NCBI RefSeq assembly: GCF_964355755.1
Contig: NC_092672.1
Location: 32,742,437 to 32,806,436 of the forward strand
Direction: 5' to 3'
Origin: Antedon mediterranea
Taxonomy: Eukaryota > Animalia > Echinodermata
DNA: 64,000 nt
Part shown: positions 1 to 12,507 of the stretch, piece after piece
How positions within the stretch are numbered: position 1 is the stretch's first letter
Layout: the number at the start of each line of letters is the position of its first letter
The notes under the pieces: model-generated
What the model saw: only the letters and a program-made list of their open reading frames with translations
Told to the model about the DNA's origin: nothing
The model's database searches: none
Translations under genes and position numbers: made by a program

Positions 1-81
1 GTTTCAGTTGAGTTTCGGGTCGAAATGTGATGTTTTCCTTAGTTTTTCGAATAAATTCATGATTTTTTTTTATCTCACAAG

Positions 82-1396
82 GCAAAAATGCACGATGATA
101 GGAAACTCTAACAAAGAGATTGAAGAGCTCCAACTGTTTCATGGAACAATGCAGGATAGAGTTGAAGATATCTGTCGTGATAATTTGGATTTTCGCTTGA
201 GCGGTTCACGAGTTGGTAATATTTATGGACAAGGAGCTTACTTCGCAAAGTCAGCAAAGTATTCCAATGATTATGCTGGAACAGACAGTGTTGGTAGGAA
301 GAGGATGTTTGTTGCAAGAGTTCTTGTTGGTAGCTACACAGTTGGCACAAAAGAGATGCCCCGGCCACCGTTTAAAGACCCGGCAGATAAGTCAAAGGGG
401 ATGTATGACTCTTGTGTTGATGATGTAGCTAATCCAAGTATTTTTGTAGTGTTTAATAACAACCAGTTTTATCCAGAATATCTGATTACATATACCATTT
501 CATCGCATAATAAAACATTATCTAGAGCATCAACCATTTCATCTAGATCACAGCGGCGGCGGCAGGATCCTCCCGACGCGGAGGCTGAATTCCCCAACGA
601 GGGGGCTGAATTCTCCGACAAGGGGGCTGAATTCTCCGACGTGGAGGCTGAATTCCCCGACAAGGGGACTATGCGAGCATCACTAGATTGGGGGCCAGAG
701 AGGCTGCAGTGGCGCCAGAATCTTCCCGACGAGGGGGATGAATTCCCCGACGAGGGGGATGAATTCCCCGACGAGGGGGCTATGCGAGCATCACTAGATT
801 GGGGGAAAGGGAGGCAGCGGTGGCGCCAAGATCTTTCCGACGAGGTGTCTGAATACTCCGACAAGGGAGCTGAATTCCCCGACGAGGGGGCTATGCGAGC
901 ATCACTAGATTGGGGGTCAGGGAGCCAGCGGTGGCGCCAAGATCTTTCCGACGAGGTGTCTGAATACTCCGACGAGGGAGCTGAATTCCCCGACGAGGGG
1001 GCTATGCGAGAATCACTAGATTGGGAGAAAAGGAGGCAGCGGTGGCACCTTCCCGACGAGGGGGCTGAATTCTCTGACGAGGAAGCTGAATTCCCCGACG
1101 AGGGGGCTATGCGAACATCACTAGATTTGGGGCCACAGAAACAGCGATTGCGCCAGGCTCTTCCAGACGCGGGGGCTGAATTCCCCGACGAGGGGGCTAT
1201 GCGAGCATCACTAGATTGGGGGCCAGAGAGACAGAGATTGCGCCGGGCTATTCCCGACGCGGGTGCTGAATTCCCCGACGTGGAGGCTATGCGAGCATCA
1301 CTAGATTGGGGTCAGGGAAGCGGTCAAGGGCCAGAAGGCGAAGGACCCCGGGTCCAGAAGAAGGCGAAGCCCCCGGAAGCATGCATTCTAGCGTAA
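82..1396 (+). CDS. Terminal exon of a PARP12/PARP11/TIPARP-like mono-ADP-ribosyltransferase (upstream exons outside window)
   Basis: Acceptor AG at 80-81; motifs LFHGT, YGQGAYFA, MFVARVLVG, YDSCVD..NPSIFVVF..QFYPEYLITY give an H-Y-I triad; then ~280-aa acidic repeat tail ending CILA*. Confidence 0.9.
551..1320 (+). repeat. Coding tandem repeat (21-bp EFPDEGA units alternating with MRASLDWG units), hAT-terminus-like
   Basis: Repeated GAATTCCCCGACGAGGGGGCT and CAGCGGTGGCGCCA motifs resembling the termini of the hAT at 14092-15652. Confidence 0.8.
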
Positions 1397-1994
1397 TTTG
1401 ATGCCGTTTTATCCAGATTTAGGGTAGCCGACTGTTTCCATTTTTCATGGTATAAATAAAATACTGTGTGCAAAACACATTGCACTAGGTCCGATGCGAT
1501 GGTGCAAAAATCCATTCTTTCAATTTTAAAAATGAAGTGACCTTTAAAGTTCAATGTTCCTATTTTCAATTTTATCGGGTAAATTGTAGCATAGAATTGC
1601 GCTACAGTATATAAATCGAACGATTGATTGATTGATATAATTATATATAAACCTTATTTAGACACAGGACTGATGTGCAGTACAACTCGTTCAATCAATA
1701 TTGATTGTTTTTAGACAAGTTCGTGATATTACAAAAAAACCAACACCATATAAATGCGACAAAAAAGATAGAAAAAATTGAAATTGAAAAGACAAAAAAT
1801 TACAGCAGACTCCCCTTCATCTGACACCTCTATGAGGGGTACACCATATATACTTCCTGTGTTGATAGAAACTATACGCGAACGTAAACGTACCCACGGG
1901 CCAAGAGGTATATTGTTAATCGCAGAGGTATAGGCTAATTGCTGTCTGGAGATGCGGAACTGTAAAATGCGCAAAACAACACCCCTGGGCTGAT

Positions 1995-2330
1995 TTGTAG
2001 GAAATTTGTGAAAAGTAGAGCTGCTAGGTCCCCGGAAATTTAAATTATACATTGATGTATGAAAGGAAAACAAGTCTCCAGGGCCAACGCTACCATGTTG
2101 CGGCTGAACGAAGAAAATTGTGAAAAATAAAGCTGCTAGCTCCCTGGAAAATAGGCCCCTATTGATAAATGATTCGAAATTACAAGTCTGCAGGACCAGC
2201 CCGCCATAGATGGTTGGGTGGAGCTAAGAAAATTGTGAAAAGTAGAGCTTCTAGGTCCCTGCAAAATGCAGTTTACATTGAAATATGAAACAAAATTATA
2301 GGTCTACAGGAGCTAAGACCATTTTGAAAA
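1995..2330. repeat. Degenerate ~110-120-bp tandem repeat (about 3 copies)
   Basis: Recurring AAATTGTGAAAAGTAGAGCT..CTAGGTCCC..AAGTCT..AGG. Confidence 0.55.
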
Positions 2331-2640
2331 ATATGCGGTTTTGGTCGTGAGGTTTAGGAGCAGATATAGTAACACATTTTGGGTTAGTAACCAAAATTTA
2401 GCGCTATTTTAATATAGATATGATATATAATATACTGTAGATGTCTTTAAAAAAAAAGAAGTAAAAAACAATATTTTTTTGGTATTTCTTTCTTGCGTAA
2501 TTCTTATTGTTAGTGTAAATCGTAATCATTTCTATTAGACTCAAAGTTGTGTAACTAAAATCTCCATTGTTTGTCATTAACCCCACCAACCACCAATTCT
2601 GATTTCTTCCCTGCATTCACAGTAACGGCAAGTGCAGCAG

Positions 2641-3294
2641 GGGTGAAACACACCTGTTCCGGCACGGTTCCGGTCCGGCGAATCGAACGCCAATGTTTCG
2701 TTTTCACGATGCTCTACGCGGCTATGCGCCAATCGATATGCGCGTAGCCGCGTAAAAACAAAACATTGACGTTCGATTGGAATTGCCGGCGCCGGACCGG
2801 AACCGTGCCGGAACAGGTGTGAAAGCAAAGATTATATAGCGCCGCTACGCGGCGCAAGATAGGTAACTGGGTGAGACCTTTGTAATCCATGGACGCCATT
2901 CCGGCGGACAAATTTGAACCGGAATAAAGTCGTTGTCAAGGCAATATCCACGATGTTTCGGTTAAAGAATGAAGTTGTCTAACCAAACATATCAATGTAC
3001 GTAAACACACAGAATTAATCGGAAAGTGTCCAGATTCCAAAGAAACTTTTATTTTACTTTGTTTACATAATTTCTTCCCTTTTCCATGAATCAATCATCA
3101 AGATGGTTAACCACAGATACTTCGAGGCGGACCGCAAAATTTAAACCATTTACATTTAAATCACAATAATAACCTGTCCGCCCGAATGGCGTCCATGAAT
3201 TTACTGGACGCGTAGTGTTATAAGATGGGAGCTTGGCAACAGTTACCTATCTTGCGCCGCGTAGCGGCGCTATACAATCTTTGGTGAAAGACCC
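2641..3294. mobile_element. Palindromic MITE (PIF/Harbinger-like) with a second element in its right TIR
   Basis: CACACCTGTTCCGGCACGGTTCCGGTCCGGCG and its reverse complement ending at 2821; right end GACCC resumes after the nested insertion. Confidence 0.7.
2826..3283. mobile_element. P-element-like MITE
   Basis: ~44-bp TIRs CAAAGATT(A/G)TATAGCGCCGCTACGCGGCGCAAGATAGGTAACTG; 7-bp TSD GTGAAAG at 2819-2825 and 3284-3290. Confidence 0.85.
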
Positions 3295-3406
3295 ATTAGT
3301 GATGCCATCCTCGTATAAAATTATAAACTAACTAAATCACTTTTTATTCAGCTCTCTCAAGAAAGAAGACATACAAATCAAAAACTAAACTTTCAAATTC
3401 ACATTA

Positions 3407-4180
3407 TAGTCCATGGGATTTAGCTAAAAAAATGACCCTTTTCTCACACAAATTGCAAGAAAAGTTTTTTTTGATGAAATGTGTTCTTTAGACAGTACTG
3501 AACACATTTATCAACGTTAGGACATTTTTCGACAACAGGAAGTAGCCTAATTTGCATAATTAAAAATGGCCGCCATTTTTAATAACGTACTCTGTATCTT
3601 GGGAACCGCTAGTCACAGATACTTAATTATGGTGTCAAAATCGTTAGAATATATGTTTTTATATTCACTTTAATGAAAAAGTTTGTCCAAAAATGAATGG
3701 AAGTGCTATTTCTAACATTATTGACCTTTGACCTTGATTTATCATATCTCAGCAACCACTAATCGGAGATATACAAATTAGAGCTTAAATTGTTCAGAAA
3801 CTACACATTTATATCCAGTCTAATGGCATGTTTTTGCAAAAAATGGCGGATTCTAACATTATTGACCTTTGACCTTGATTTTTCATATCTTAGCAACCAC
3901 TAATCTGAGAGACACACAATATGGCTCAAACTGTTCAGAAACTACATATTTATATTTAGTCTAATGGCATGTTTTTGCAAAAAATGGCCGATTCTAACAT
4001 TATTGACCTTTGAACTTTGCACTACATAAAATCGCATAACTTTGAAAATATAGTACATATGACATTATTTTTAGTGTCAAATTATTCAGAACATACATGT
4101 TTCTATAGAGTCCAATGACACATTATGTCCAATAATGACCTATTGTATGGTTATTAACATTTGAACTATATTTGAAAAAG
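3407..4180. mobile_element. Non-autonomous Academ-like fragment
   Basis: Starts TAGTCCATGG; shares AATTTGCATAATTAAAAATGG..GCCATTTT and TTGACCTTTGACCTTG blocks with the arms of 54488-58339. Confidence 0.55.
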
Positions 4181-4299
4181 ATTTTTAAACCCGGAATCTT
4201 CTTCATTATAATCAAAGAGTGTTTTGGTTCAGTCATTTTGGTGCTAATATTCCCACAAGAACAAGGTCAACAGAAAGCAGTACAGTATTTTTAGGCCTA

Positions 4300-4502
4300 C
4301 GTAAGGGGGTAAATACTTATCAGTATTTTGATGTATAAATATTATATTATTATAAGGGAGTAAATACTTATCAGTATTGTGATGTATAAATATTATATTA
4401 TTATAAGGGGGTAAATACTTATCAGTATTGTGATGTATACATATTATATTATTATAAGGGGGTAAATACTTATCAGTATTGTGATGTATAAATATTATAT
4501 TA
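4300..4502. repeat. 57-bp tandem repeat, ~3.5 copies
   Basis: Unit TAAGGGGGTAAATACTTATCAGTATTGTGATGTATAAATATTATATTATTA. Confidence 0.9.
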
Positions 4503-6767
4503 GTATGCGTTATAAATAAATTGCACATTTTTTTAAATTTTATATTGTGTTTTCGTTTACTGTTATATCTCCGAAGAAAGTTAGTTTAAAATCTCAATGG
4601 TTAACTTACAAAGCACTTATATACGTTTCAAAAGTAGGTTTGTTTGTTTACGCTTGATTTTTTTGCAGCCACGTGTCACAACAACAATTTAAATGCCGTT
4701 CGCCCGGCCGATCCATCCACCACCGAGAGAGAGACCCAAATTCGACTCATATACTTGTGCGTGCGCGTAACTTGCGAACGTTCTTCTTATACCACACAGA
4801 GCGCGTAATTAAGAACGTGATACGTTTTCGTCGATTTTTAAAAACTGCATTACAGTTCCAGTGGTTGAACGGGGAGGGGGGTGGGCCGGATGTCCTAGCG
4901 GTGCATTGAAAATATATGTAAGTTTTGGATGATAATTAAAACAAAATAATAATTATAAGAAAAATAAAATGTTGATGATGTTTAGAACGCAATTAGGTAA
5001 TAGGTCTAGCCTAGGCTTCCTCCTAGCTAGCTAGGCTAGGTCTAGGTAGGCCTAGCTAGGCCTAGCCTAGTAGTAGTAATCATTTAATTAGGCCTAGGCC
5101 TAGCCTAGAGGCCCCTAGGCCTAGGCTAGGCTAGGCCTACTTAAAGACCACTACAGTGTCAGTAGTCTAGGGCCTAGGCTAGGCCTTGGTAGGCTAGGGC
5201 TATTACTAATTACCTCTAAACTCTAGCATAGGCCGCCTAGCTAGCTGGCTTGTTTTAATAATTAAAAATGCTTTTTTTTATTTTATCAATTTCATAAAGG
5301 TAGCTGAACAGTCACATGCATAGGCCTATCTGTGTAACAATATTTATAACACATAGGGCCTAGGCTAGGCCTAGGTCTAGTAACAGATAGGCCTAGGCCT
5401 AGTCTAAGGCCTGGTATATCCCTTACTAGGCTATATAAACAAGTCACTCACTAAACCTATACGACAAAAAGAGACTTCGTGTGAGAGCATACACGGTTGC
5501 CAAGGGTAATATATAATATTGTAATACGCAAATGATCACCATTGTTAGGATTAACCGCTCAGATCGTTACGTTAGCTCAATCTTTTTTTCTTTTGTGCAC
5601 AGGTATTATTGGCCTCGACTTCTGAAATCAATTCAATGCCGTCTAATCAACCATTGGGCCTACATTGAGGAAGTTAAAAGAGTAATTTTTATAATTTGAG
5701 AAAGAAAAACAGTTTGTACAGTCGGACTCAATTTCTTATAGAAACAGGTAAGGGTGTATGATTTACGGTACATTATTACCCCATGCAGCTGTTAAAATAT
5801 ACAGCGGCATGACATTTATAAATTCCTTCATAGTAGTGTGGACATGGATTTCAGATTCGTTATATGATACAGTACGAACGAAGCCTTAGCTAATACTAGC
5901 CTAATTCTATGTGGAGAATTAAAGCAGGGATTATAATTGAGGATAAATAAAGTTCTGAAAAAGGTTATTTTGTTTTAAAGAACACTTAATAATAATAAAG
6001 AAATACGGTGTATTTTTATATCGGAAATATTTCAGTGTAATGCTATTATTTAGTATGACATGATGTACTGTAAAGGTATGCAAATACGAAGTATATACTA
6101 GCTGAGAGTAATTTTGGCCTTTTGTCAATATAATGATAATAGCCTAGGCCTACATCAAATCACACATATAACCGGGTACATCATGCATTATTGCGTGATT
6201 AAATTTGTCATTCATTTGTCTATTTAATTCATTTCCAATATTTATGTAGGTTTACATTTATAGGCTAGACTAAAAAAATGATCGACTGTATTTAGTGAAT
6301 ATACATAAAAAAATCATCAAATGCTGATTTGTCAGTTCATCAATTAATAAAGTATTACAACATCAATGTTTATTTATACTATTATTGCGTAATTGAGCGT
6401 CGTAAGCAAATTCTGACGCGCGGTGCTCTTACAATTTTCATCAGCATTTGAACGCGCCCGTAAAATGATGTCTTTTTTTCAGTGCCGTCGATGGTTATAA
6501 TAGGCCCCACAATTATTACCGTATTTTAGTATATTGTAAGTAATTTCAGCCACGTAATTGTCGGTGAGCACCACTAAGCTGACGCGCGCGTACGAGTTTC
6601 ATCAGTATTTGGACGCGCGCGTATAAAACGCTGTCTTCGTGGCGCCGATGAGTAGGCCCAGTTATCAATCTGTATTCTTAAAAGATAAGAAATATAAATC
6701 TGTAAGATTGAAACAAAAAATAAATACACATTTTCGTTTACTTCTTTCAAATAGGTCTATTGAACAG

Positions 6768-7367
6768 ATGATGAAGACGTACGTTTCAACATGCTCATGC
6801 GCAGTAGTGTTTATATTACTTCTGACGCCAAGAAGCGCATTTGGGGCAACTTACGCATCAGACCTTACGTTGTTGAGCAAAACAACTACGTCACTAGCGA
6901 TCTCGTGGACCGTAGCATCCGACAACACAACAGCAGATTATTACATAATAACAGTGGATGACTCATCCAACGCGCGCGTACAAACAGTGAACATTACAGA
7001 CCTGACGTTAAATAATTTTATGTTCACGAGTTTAGAACAAGCAAAAGCATATACGTTTACGTTAACTACGTACGATTCAGATAATGCGGAAATTGGCTCG
7101 GATACGTTAAGAGTTTCAACCGTTTATGATACCTGGAACACGAAGGCTATCATCGCTATGGCTATTGCCGGTTTTATCGTGTTATCCTTACTTGGAGCTA
7201 AAGTAATCGCCACATGTTGGAATCCAGATAAAAGTCAAGAAAAATGGAAAAAAGAAGTTCTAGTAGTGAAACAAAGAAAGAAAGAAGAAAAAAGAAGAAG
7301 AAAACCTGCTGTTTCAAACGACACGACGGAAGAGGATTTGGACGATAACTCCAACCTTCCAATTTAG
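6768..7367 (+). CDS. Single-FN3 type I membrane protein (~199 aa)
   Basis: Acceptor AG at 6753-6754 before ATG; signal peptide; FN3 pattern (TSLAISW..YYII..LEQAKAYTFTL); TM AIIAMAIAGFIVLSLLGAKVIA; basic then acidic tail; probable 5' UTR exon ~5603-5747. Confidence 0.8.
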   Translation: MMKTYVSTCSCAVVFILLLTPRSAFGATYASDLTLLSKTTTSLAISWTVASDNTTADYYIITVDDSSNARVQTVNITDLTLNNFMFTSLEQAKAYTFTLTTYDSDNAEIGSDTLRVSTVYDTWNTKAIIAMAIAGFIVLSLLGAKVIATCWNPDKSQEKWKKEVLVVKQRKKEEKRRRKPAVSNDTTEEDLDDNSNLPI

Positions 7368-7511
7368 CCTAATTAATAACAAAACAACAAACAAACACTA
7401 GTTAACTAAAATTTCAACAAAGTAATAATAAATAAAATATTTATAGTCAACACTATTATAAGATAATATAAACAAATAAAATATTAATATAGTATTTTTT
7501 TAAACTACATT

Positions 7512-8296
7512 TAGTCCATGGACTGGAGGGGGTTACCGTGCACCCCCGACACAGTTAAACTTCTTTGGTATAATTTTCTTCCCACGATCGTGAACAAATC
7601 GATTAAGAATAAAAAATGACAATTTGTATATTAAACTGCAATTTTTAACTTGTTGACATTACATTTTCTTATTCAATATGTCAGTAAGCACAAGTAAAAC
7701 ACAATTACGAAAAAAAAAATATTGAAAGTTGTACGTAGATACGATGTTGAAATTTGCCTTCTTTGTATATTAAAGTGAGTCTATAATGTAAATTGTATTC
7801 TTTTTAAAAATAATTGTGCTCAATAGACTAATTTTTACTATTTACTTATTTATTTAAGTTTGCTTCATATATAGAGTATTTATTGTTTTCTGTTTCATAC
7901 CTTTAGTTGCTGTTGGTTTTGATGAAATAAAATAGAAATTGATCTATATTTTGACAAAAAATGCATTTTTGCAAAAGGTCAGTGACCCTTAATAATCGTC
8001 TGATTAATTTTATTTAGATTTAAAAAAATGTATGCTACACAATGTTACCAATTTAATACTAATTAGATGTTTGATTCTTGGGTTATTAGGATAAATGTTA
8101 CCCCATACCTCGAACAATATTTTGAAGATAAAACACTGATGATCATTACAAATAAAGCAAGTACATACAAGGCATCCCTATATTTTTCTTGTTAACATTG
8201 ATTTTTTTCACTCTATATGCCTGTGGGAAGAAAATTACACCAAAGAAGTTTAACTGTGTTGGGGGTGCACGGTAATCCCCTCCAGCCCATCGACTA
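7512..8296. mobile_element. MITE with ~70-bp TIRs and TAG termini (Academ-like)
   Basis: TAGTCCATGGACTGGAGGGGGTTACCGTGCACCCCC.. mirrored at 8224-8296. Confidence 0.75.
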
Positions 8297-8386
8297 ACTA
8301 GGCCTAAATATTTATTTAAACAAAGTGTAACATAAAAGTAGGGAATTAATTTTAATAAGATATTTAATACAAAGTTGCCTCATTAA

Positions 8387-8529
8387 AGCTCTGTCTACAC
8401 TATCAAACTTTATGTGACAAAACATGTGATGTGCCCATATATGGACATGATGATATCATTATCACTAGTGACCATATTTGGGCACATCACACTTTTTTTT
8501 CAAACTAGTTTGATAATGTAGACAGAGCT
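8387..8529. mobile_element. ~150-bp hairpin MITE family A; about 10 further copies or fragments (~13920, 18470, 18790, 20300, 20510, 21268-21420, 23560, 25210/27500, 47345, 49176)
   Basis: TIR AGCTCTGTCTACACTATCAAAC with TAA/TTA flanks. Confidence 0.85.
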
Positions 8530-10118
8530 TTATGTTATAATGTAAATATTCATCATTTGTCGGTTATACGTAAATACATATTTCTTTATCGTTTTGATAA
8601 GCTATATATTTGATATTTTCAATGATATCAATGTTTTTTTTTTGATCTTTTTTTTCATTAATAATTTTGTTATGTTCATTTTTCTTATATTATTTTGATT
8701 TTGTTTGGTTTCATTTTGTGTGTGTGAGTGACATAAATATTTGGGTTAGGTAATCTCTTATCTATTTGTATTTGTCTTTGTTATTTTTATTTTATGTATA
8801 TAAACGAAAAAGTGAACTATATTATTTCTTGTCTGTTTTTTTAGTTCAATAAAAACGTAAGATACAAGATATAACTAAAACTGACGGTAAAAGTGGCCTA
8901 GTACGGTAACTTCTGTAAATTAGTTTTAAAATAAATGATTTGTTTTACCAACAACGCGATAACGAAAAAAAAATTGCGCTTTATTTAGAAGCGATTTGTT
9001 GTTTTAATATCCTGATTCAGTTCCAGCCAATCACAAAAGAGAGATAAATTGCGCTATTTTTTAAAACGTCATGTGATAACAGCCGGCCACATGCATGCAG
9101 CGCGCTGGCTATATCATCATCTACGTACTGTACCTAGCTAGCTAGGCCCGACTGGTCGGCTACGTACTGGTAGACTAGTTTTCTGGTTTGTATATGACAA
9201 ATTTAATCTGAATTTGTATAATTACTATAGGCTAATGAAAAAATATCTGACAGGAAATAGGCCGCAAAAAATGGAATGAATGGTGAGTACAGTTTTCTCT
9301 AGGCCCTAGCCTATACTAGGCCTAGCCAGGCGCGCTTACCTACTTGTCACAGCCTTGTTGGGTGTGGCCTGCCTGCACCATGTCATGAATACACACAACA
9401 GGGAGTACAGGAGGAGCGGCGTTGGTCTAGGCCTAGTCTAGTATATACGGTACCGTACATTGAGACTGTTTATCGTTGTTTGAGAGACTTCAATTCAATA
9501 TTTAATTTTATTTATTAATCGTAACTTATCTTTATTCGATTACGATAGACTTTAATAAGTCTCACCTAACATTAATAACAACTATACAGACAGGTAGCTA
9601 GAGTATAGACATATATGTGTGGACTCCTCATAGGCCTATTTGCTGGTTGATGAACATTGATTTGTCAAAACAAAGAGTCGTACCATTTACGCTATATAAT
9701 TAAAGATGATTTATTAAAAACGTATTATCTTACAAATTAAACACAGGGCCAGCTTTACTATGACCTCATAATTACATTTTAATTTTGGGTATACAGTAAT
9801 TGAGTCGAATTGTCGATATCGCTTTCTCGGAAAGAAGAAGAATGAGTGTGGATTAAGTAATTAGTTAGTTGGCGTACACTGACGTCTGTTATCAACTCTC
9901 CTAATCTGTAAAACTTGGTCCAGAAGAAGAGAATGTGGTAATTTTCTGATGGTATAGCTCGTTTATTTTTCTATTAGAAAGAGACCCCAGCCACCTATAG
10001 TTTCTTACATATTATATTTATTATTTTTAAAAAGCCTACAATTTCATAAATAATTATAAAAATATGTTTTTTTAATTCAATTTTTGTTTTCATAAAATTT
10101 GTCGGTAATAGACAACAT

Positions 10119-10802
10119 TTACCCTATTTGCTGATTATGCTCTATTATCATAGGGCCTGGGTCATCCATGCTCAAAGACCTAAACCCTAGATTGTCCATC
10201 CCCTCCGACCCTTCTGGGGTGTCATTATCTCTAGGAAACCCTGGATTGTCAATCCCCGCTGACCCTTCGGGAGTAGCGCTGGCTCTAGGAATCGTCTTCG
10301 CCTTTTTGTAGTTCAACTCTCCATCTGCTAATATCTGTTCCTGTGACTGTTTTATGACCTTATCTTTGTCTTTCTTGCAAACGAGGTCTAAGATCACAAC
10401 AAGGAGAAACGTCACCAGAATGAAAGCTCCGACGAATATTGCCACGAACCTGTCATTTGTTTCAAAAGATTGACACGTAGTCGTGTTGGCATCACGCGTA
10501 GTGGAATCAAGGCTGAACGCTACGCATACGTCATAGCGTGTGCTAGAGTCTAAATCATTTAGCTCATATCTCATCTCGTCTAATTGTCTGTTAAAAACTT
10601 CATCTCCCGTATCGGTGTACAACGTCAGCCAAAACAACGGATGCGAAACGTTTGTCACTACTACCTCTTGCGTTGTATTCCATGTAACGAGGGCTCTTTT
10701 TGCTCTCACGTTACCGATTTGTAGATTTTGGATAACGTTGTTACCATGTCCCAGTTGAGATGTCACCATCAACAAGAATAAGCCTAGTCCAAATCTCAAC
10801 AT
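10119..10802 (-). CDS. Single-FN3 type I membrane protein (~227 aa)
   Basis: Acceptor 10 nt before ATG; signal peptide MLRFGLGLFLL; FN3 (ALVTW..YELNDLDSSTRYDVCV); TM FVAIFVGAFILVTFLLVVIL; tail with DNPGF/DNLGF and MDDPGP. Confidence 0.8.
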   Translation of the reverse strand: MLRFGLGLFLLMVTSQLGHGNNVIQNLQIGNVRAKRALVTWNTTQEVVVTNVSHPLFWLTLYTDTGDEVFNRQLDEMRYELNDLDSSTRYDVCVAFSLDSTTRDANTTTCQSFETNDRFVAIFVGAFILVTFLLVVILDLVCKKDKDKVIKQSQEQILADGELNYKKAKTIPRASATPEGSAGIDNPGFPRDNDTPEGSEGMDNLGFRSLSMDDPGPMIIEHNQQIG

Positions 10803-11669
10803 CTTCAGTCTCTGAAACAATACAATATCGTTATTGGATTTATTTTGTTGACCAATCATAGAACATTTATGCGGAGAGCGATGAATATTAAATTATGCGA
10901 TTCCTGCTTTTTAAAATGCATTCGTCAGGCCAGCAGTCCCCCTTATTTGAGTGTCGTGAGTCACTAGTCATACAACTTTACTGGTGGCACGAAAGAAAGA
11001 TGCTTCTAAAATAAGAATGTTGACGGCCTACAGCAATGTATGATGGAGTAGTCTAACATGTACACTAAACATTAAGCTTGGCGTCCCATTATGACGTAAT
11101 GCTAACGACGCAGCGCAATATTTGTGTCCAATAATCACAAGCGATGGACTATTCGTACTAGAGCTTGTGCTTAAATTTGGTAGGGCCTACCTATTATAGA
11201 TAAATGCTACTGTTCTTCATATTCATGAAATAAAAACAAAGCGTGGATATCATACCTTTTTAGGGCCAAATTGATTACTGCAATGCTGTTTTATTTCAAC
11301 GTTTACATCAAAATATGACGTCTGTCCATTACTCGTTCATATAGAATTTATAATATTCTAGGCTATTTTATTATTTATTTGCTATGCATGAATTATGAAG
11401 CAACAACAAGACAATGAATCCACTTGTGCTGGCAGTCAGTTCTTCAGTGTTGGTGATTCAAATAACCCATTGAACCGTTCAGGTTGTGTGTAATTAACCA
11501 GAACGATAGTACGTTTGTACGAAACACAGAGGCTTACGGATAAGGACTGTTTCACACTATAGAGATTCCACATATATACATACAAATAACCGTTCTCTAT
11601 GCTGCGCGCGTTCTAACCTTGATACGGTACCTACTTTAGTGTACGCGTGCGCCAACTCACTGCGCATTG

Positions 11670-12042
11670 AGGCCCATTTACACAGGGCGATAACGATCGA
11701 CGATAAATAGATAAACATACATTTTTAATTTCTTGGATAAAACGAAATAAATTAGAACAGTTTTCGTTCTACAACTATAGGATAATCATGTATGCTGTAT
11801 TTGATGAAAATAATATTGTTTCAAATCCAATCAAATGACGTCATGATCAATAAAAACAATAAAATCGTTGTATTGTAACGATATTATTGTTGTTACTAAT
11901 CATGACGTCATTTGATTGTACGCGTGGAAATATTATTTTCACCTATAGTTTCTAGGATAAAAACTTTTTAAAATTCTAGGTATGAAAAATGCATATTTAT
12001 CTTTTTATCGTAGATCGTTATCGCCCTAGTGTAAATGGGCCT
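11670..12042. mobile_element. Harbinger-like MITE
   Basis: TIR AGGCCCATTTACAC..AGGGCGATAACGATC; element largely palindromic. Confidence 0.75.
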
Positions 12043-12044
12043 TA

Positions 12045-12213
12045 AGCGTGGTTCCCACTAGCGACGCAACACAAGGACGTAACGCAACGCAAGTGAATTG
12101 ACCAATCACAAGCGATGGCTTATTCGCTTGTGATTGCTAACTTCGGTTGCCATTGGTTAAAACGCTTGCGTTGCGTTTACGTCCTTGCGTTACGTTCTAG
12201 TGGGAACCAAGCT
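12045..12213. mobile_element. Hairpin MITE family B (other copies ~41771-41921, 42283-42671, 43570-43756)
   Basis: TIR AGC(G/T)TGGTTCCCACTAG; near-identical copy at 42332-42510. Confidence 0.8.
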
Positions 12214-12507
12214 TTAACTCGTGTGTGTATACAACAAGTTCAAAATTAAATTCAACATATTAATCAATTTCTAGTCATTTAGGTCAATATATTAAACATG
12301 GTATAATGAAGCATCTCACAGCCAAAGCTATGAAACGTTACAATAGCAAAATACGGAAAAGAAATGCTTAAAGAAGACATGCAATAGTATAATACTTTCT
12401 CAAAATTATGTCCTAAAAATACAAAAGGATCCGCGACTTAAGAAACATTTTTCTAAGCACACCAGGGGAAGAGTTAATTTCATTCTTCCGTGAGGACACG
12501 AAGTATT

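Noticed and set aside
8-81. N-terminal part of ORF 8..1396
   Set aside because: T-rich intron end before the acceptor; non-ATG start
469-864. Antisense Ser-rich ORF (also 63682-63993 and 63761-63979)
   Set aside because: Shadows of coding repeats on the other strand
2600-2640. Right end of the hAT-like tail element and displaced original PARP C-terminus
   Set aside because: No matching TIR or TSD to the 551 junction
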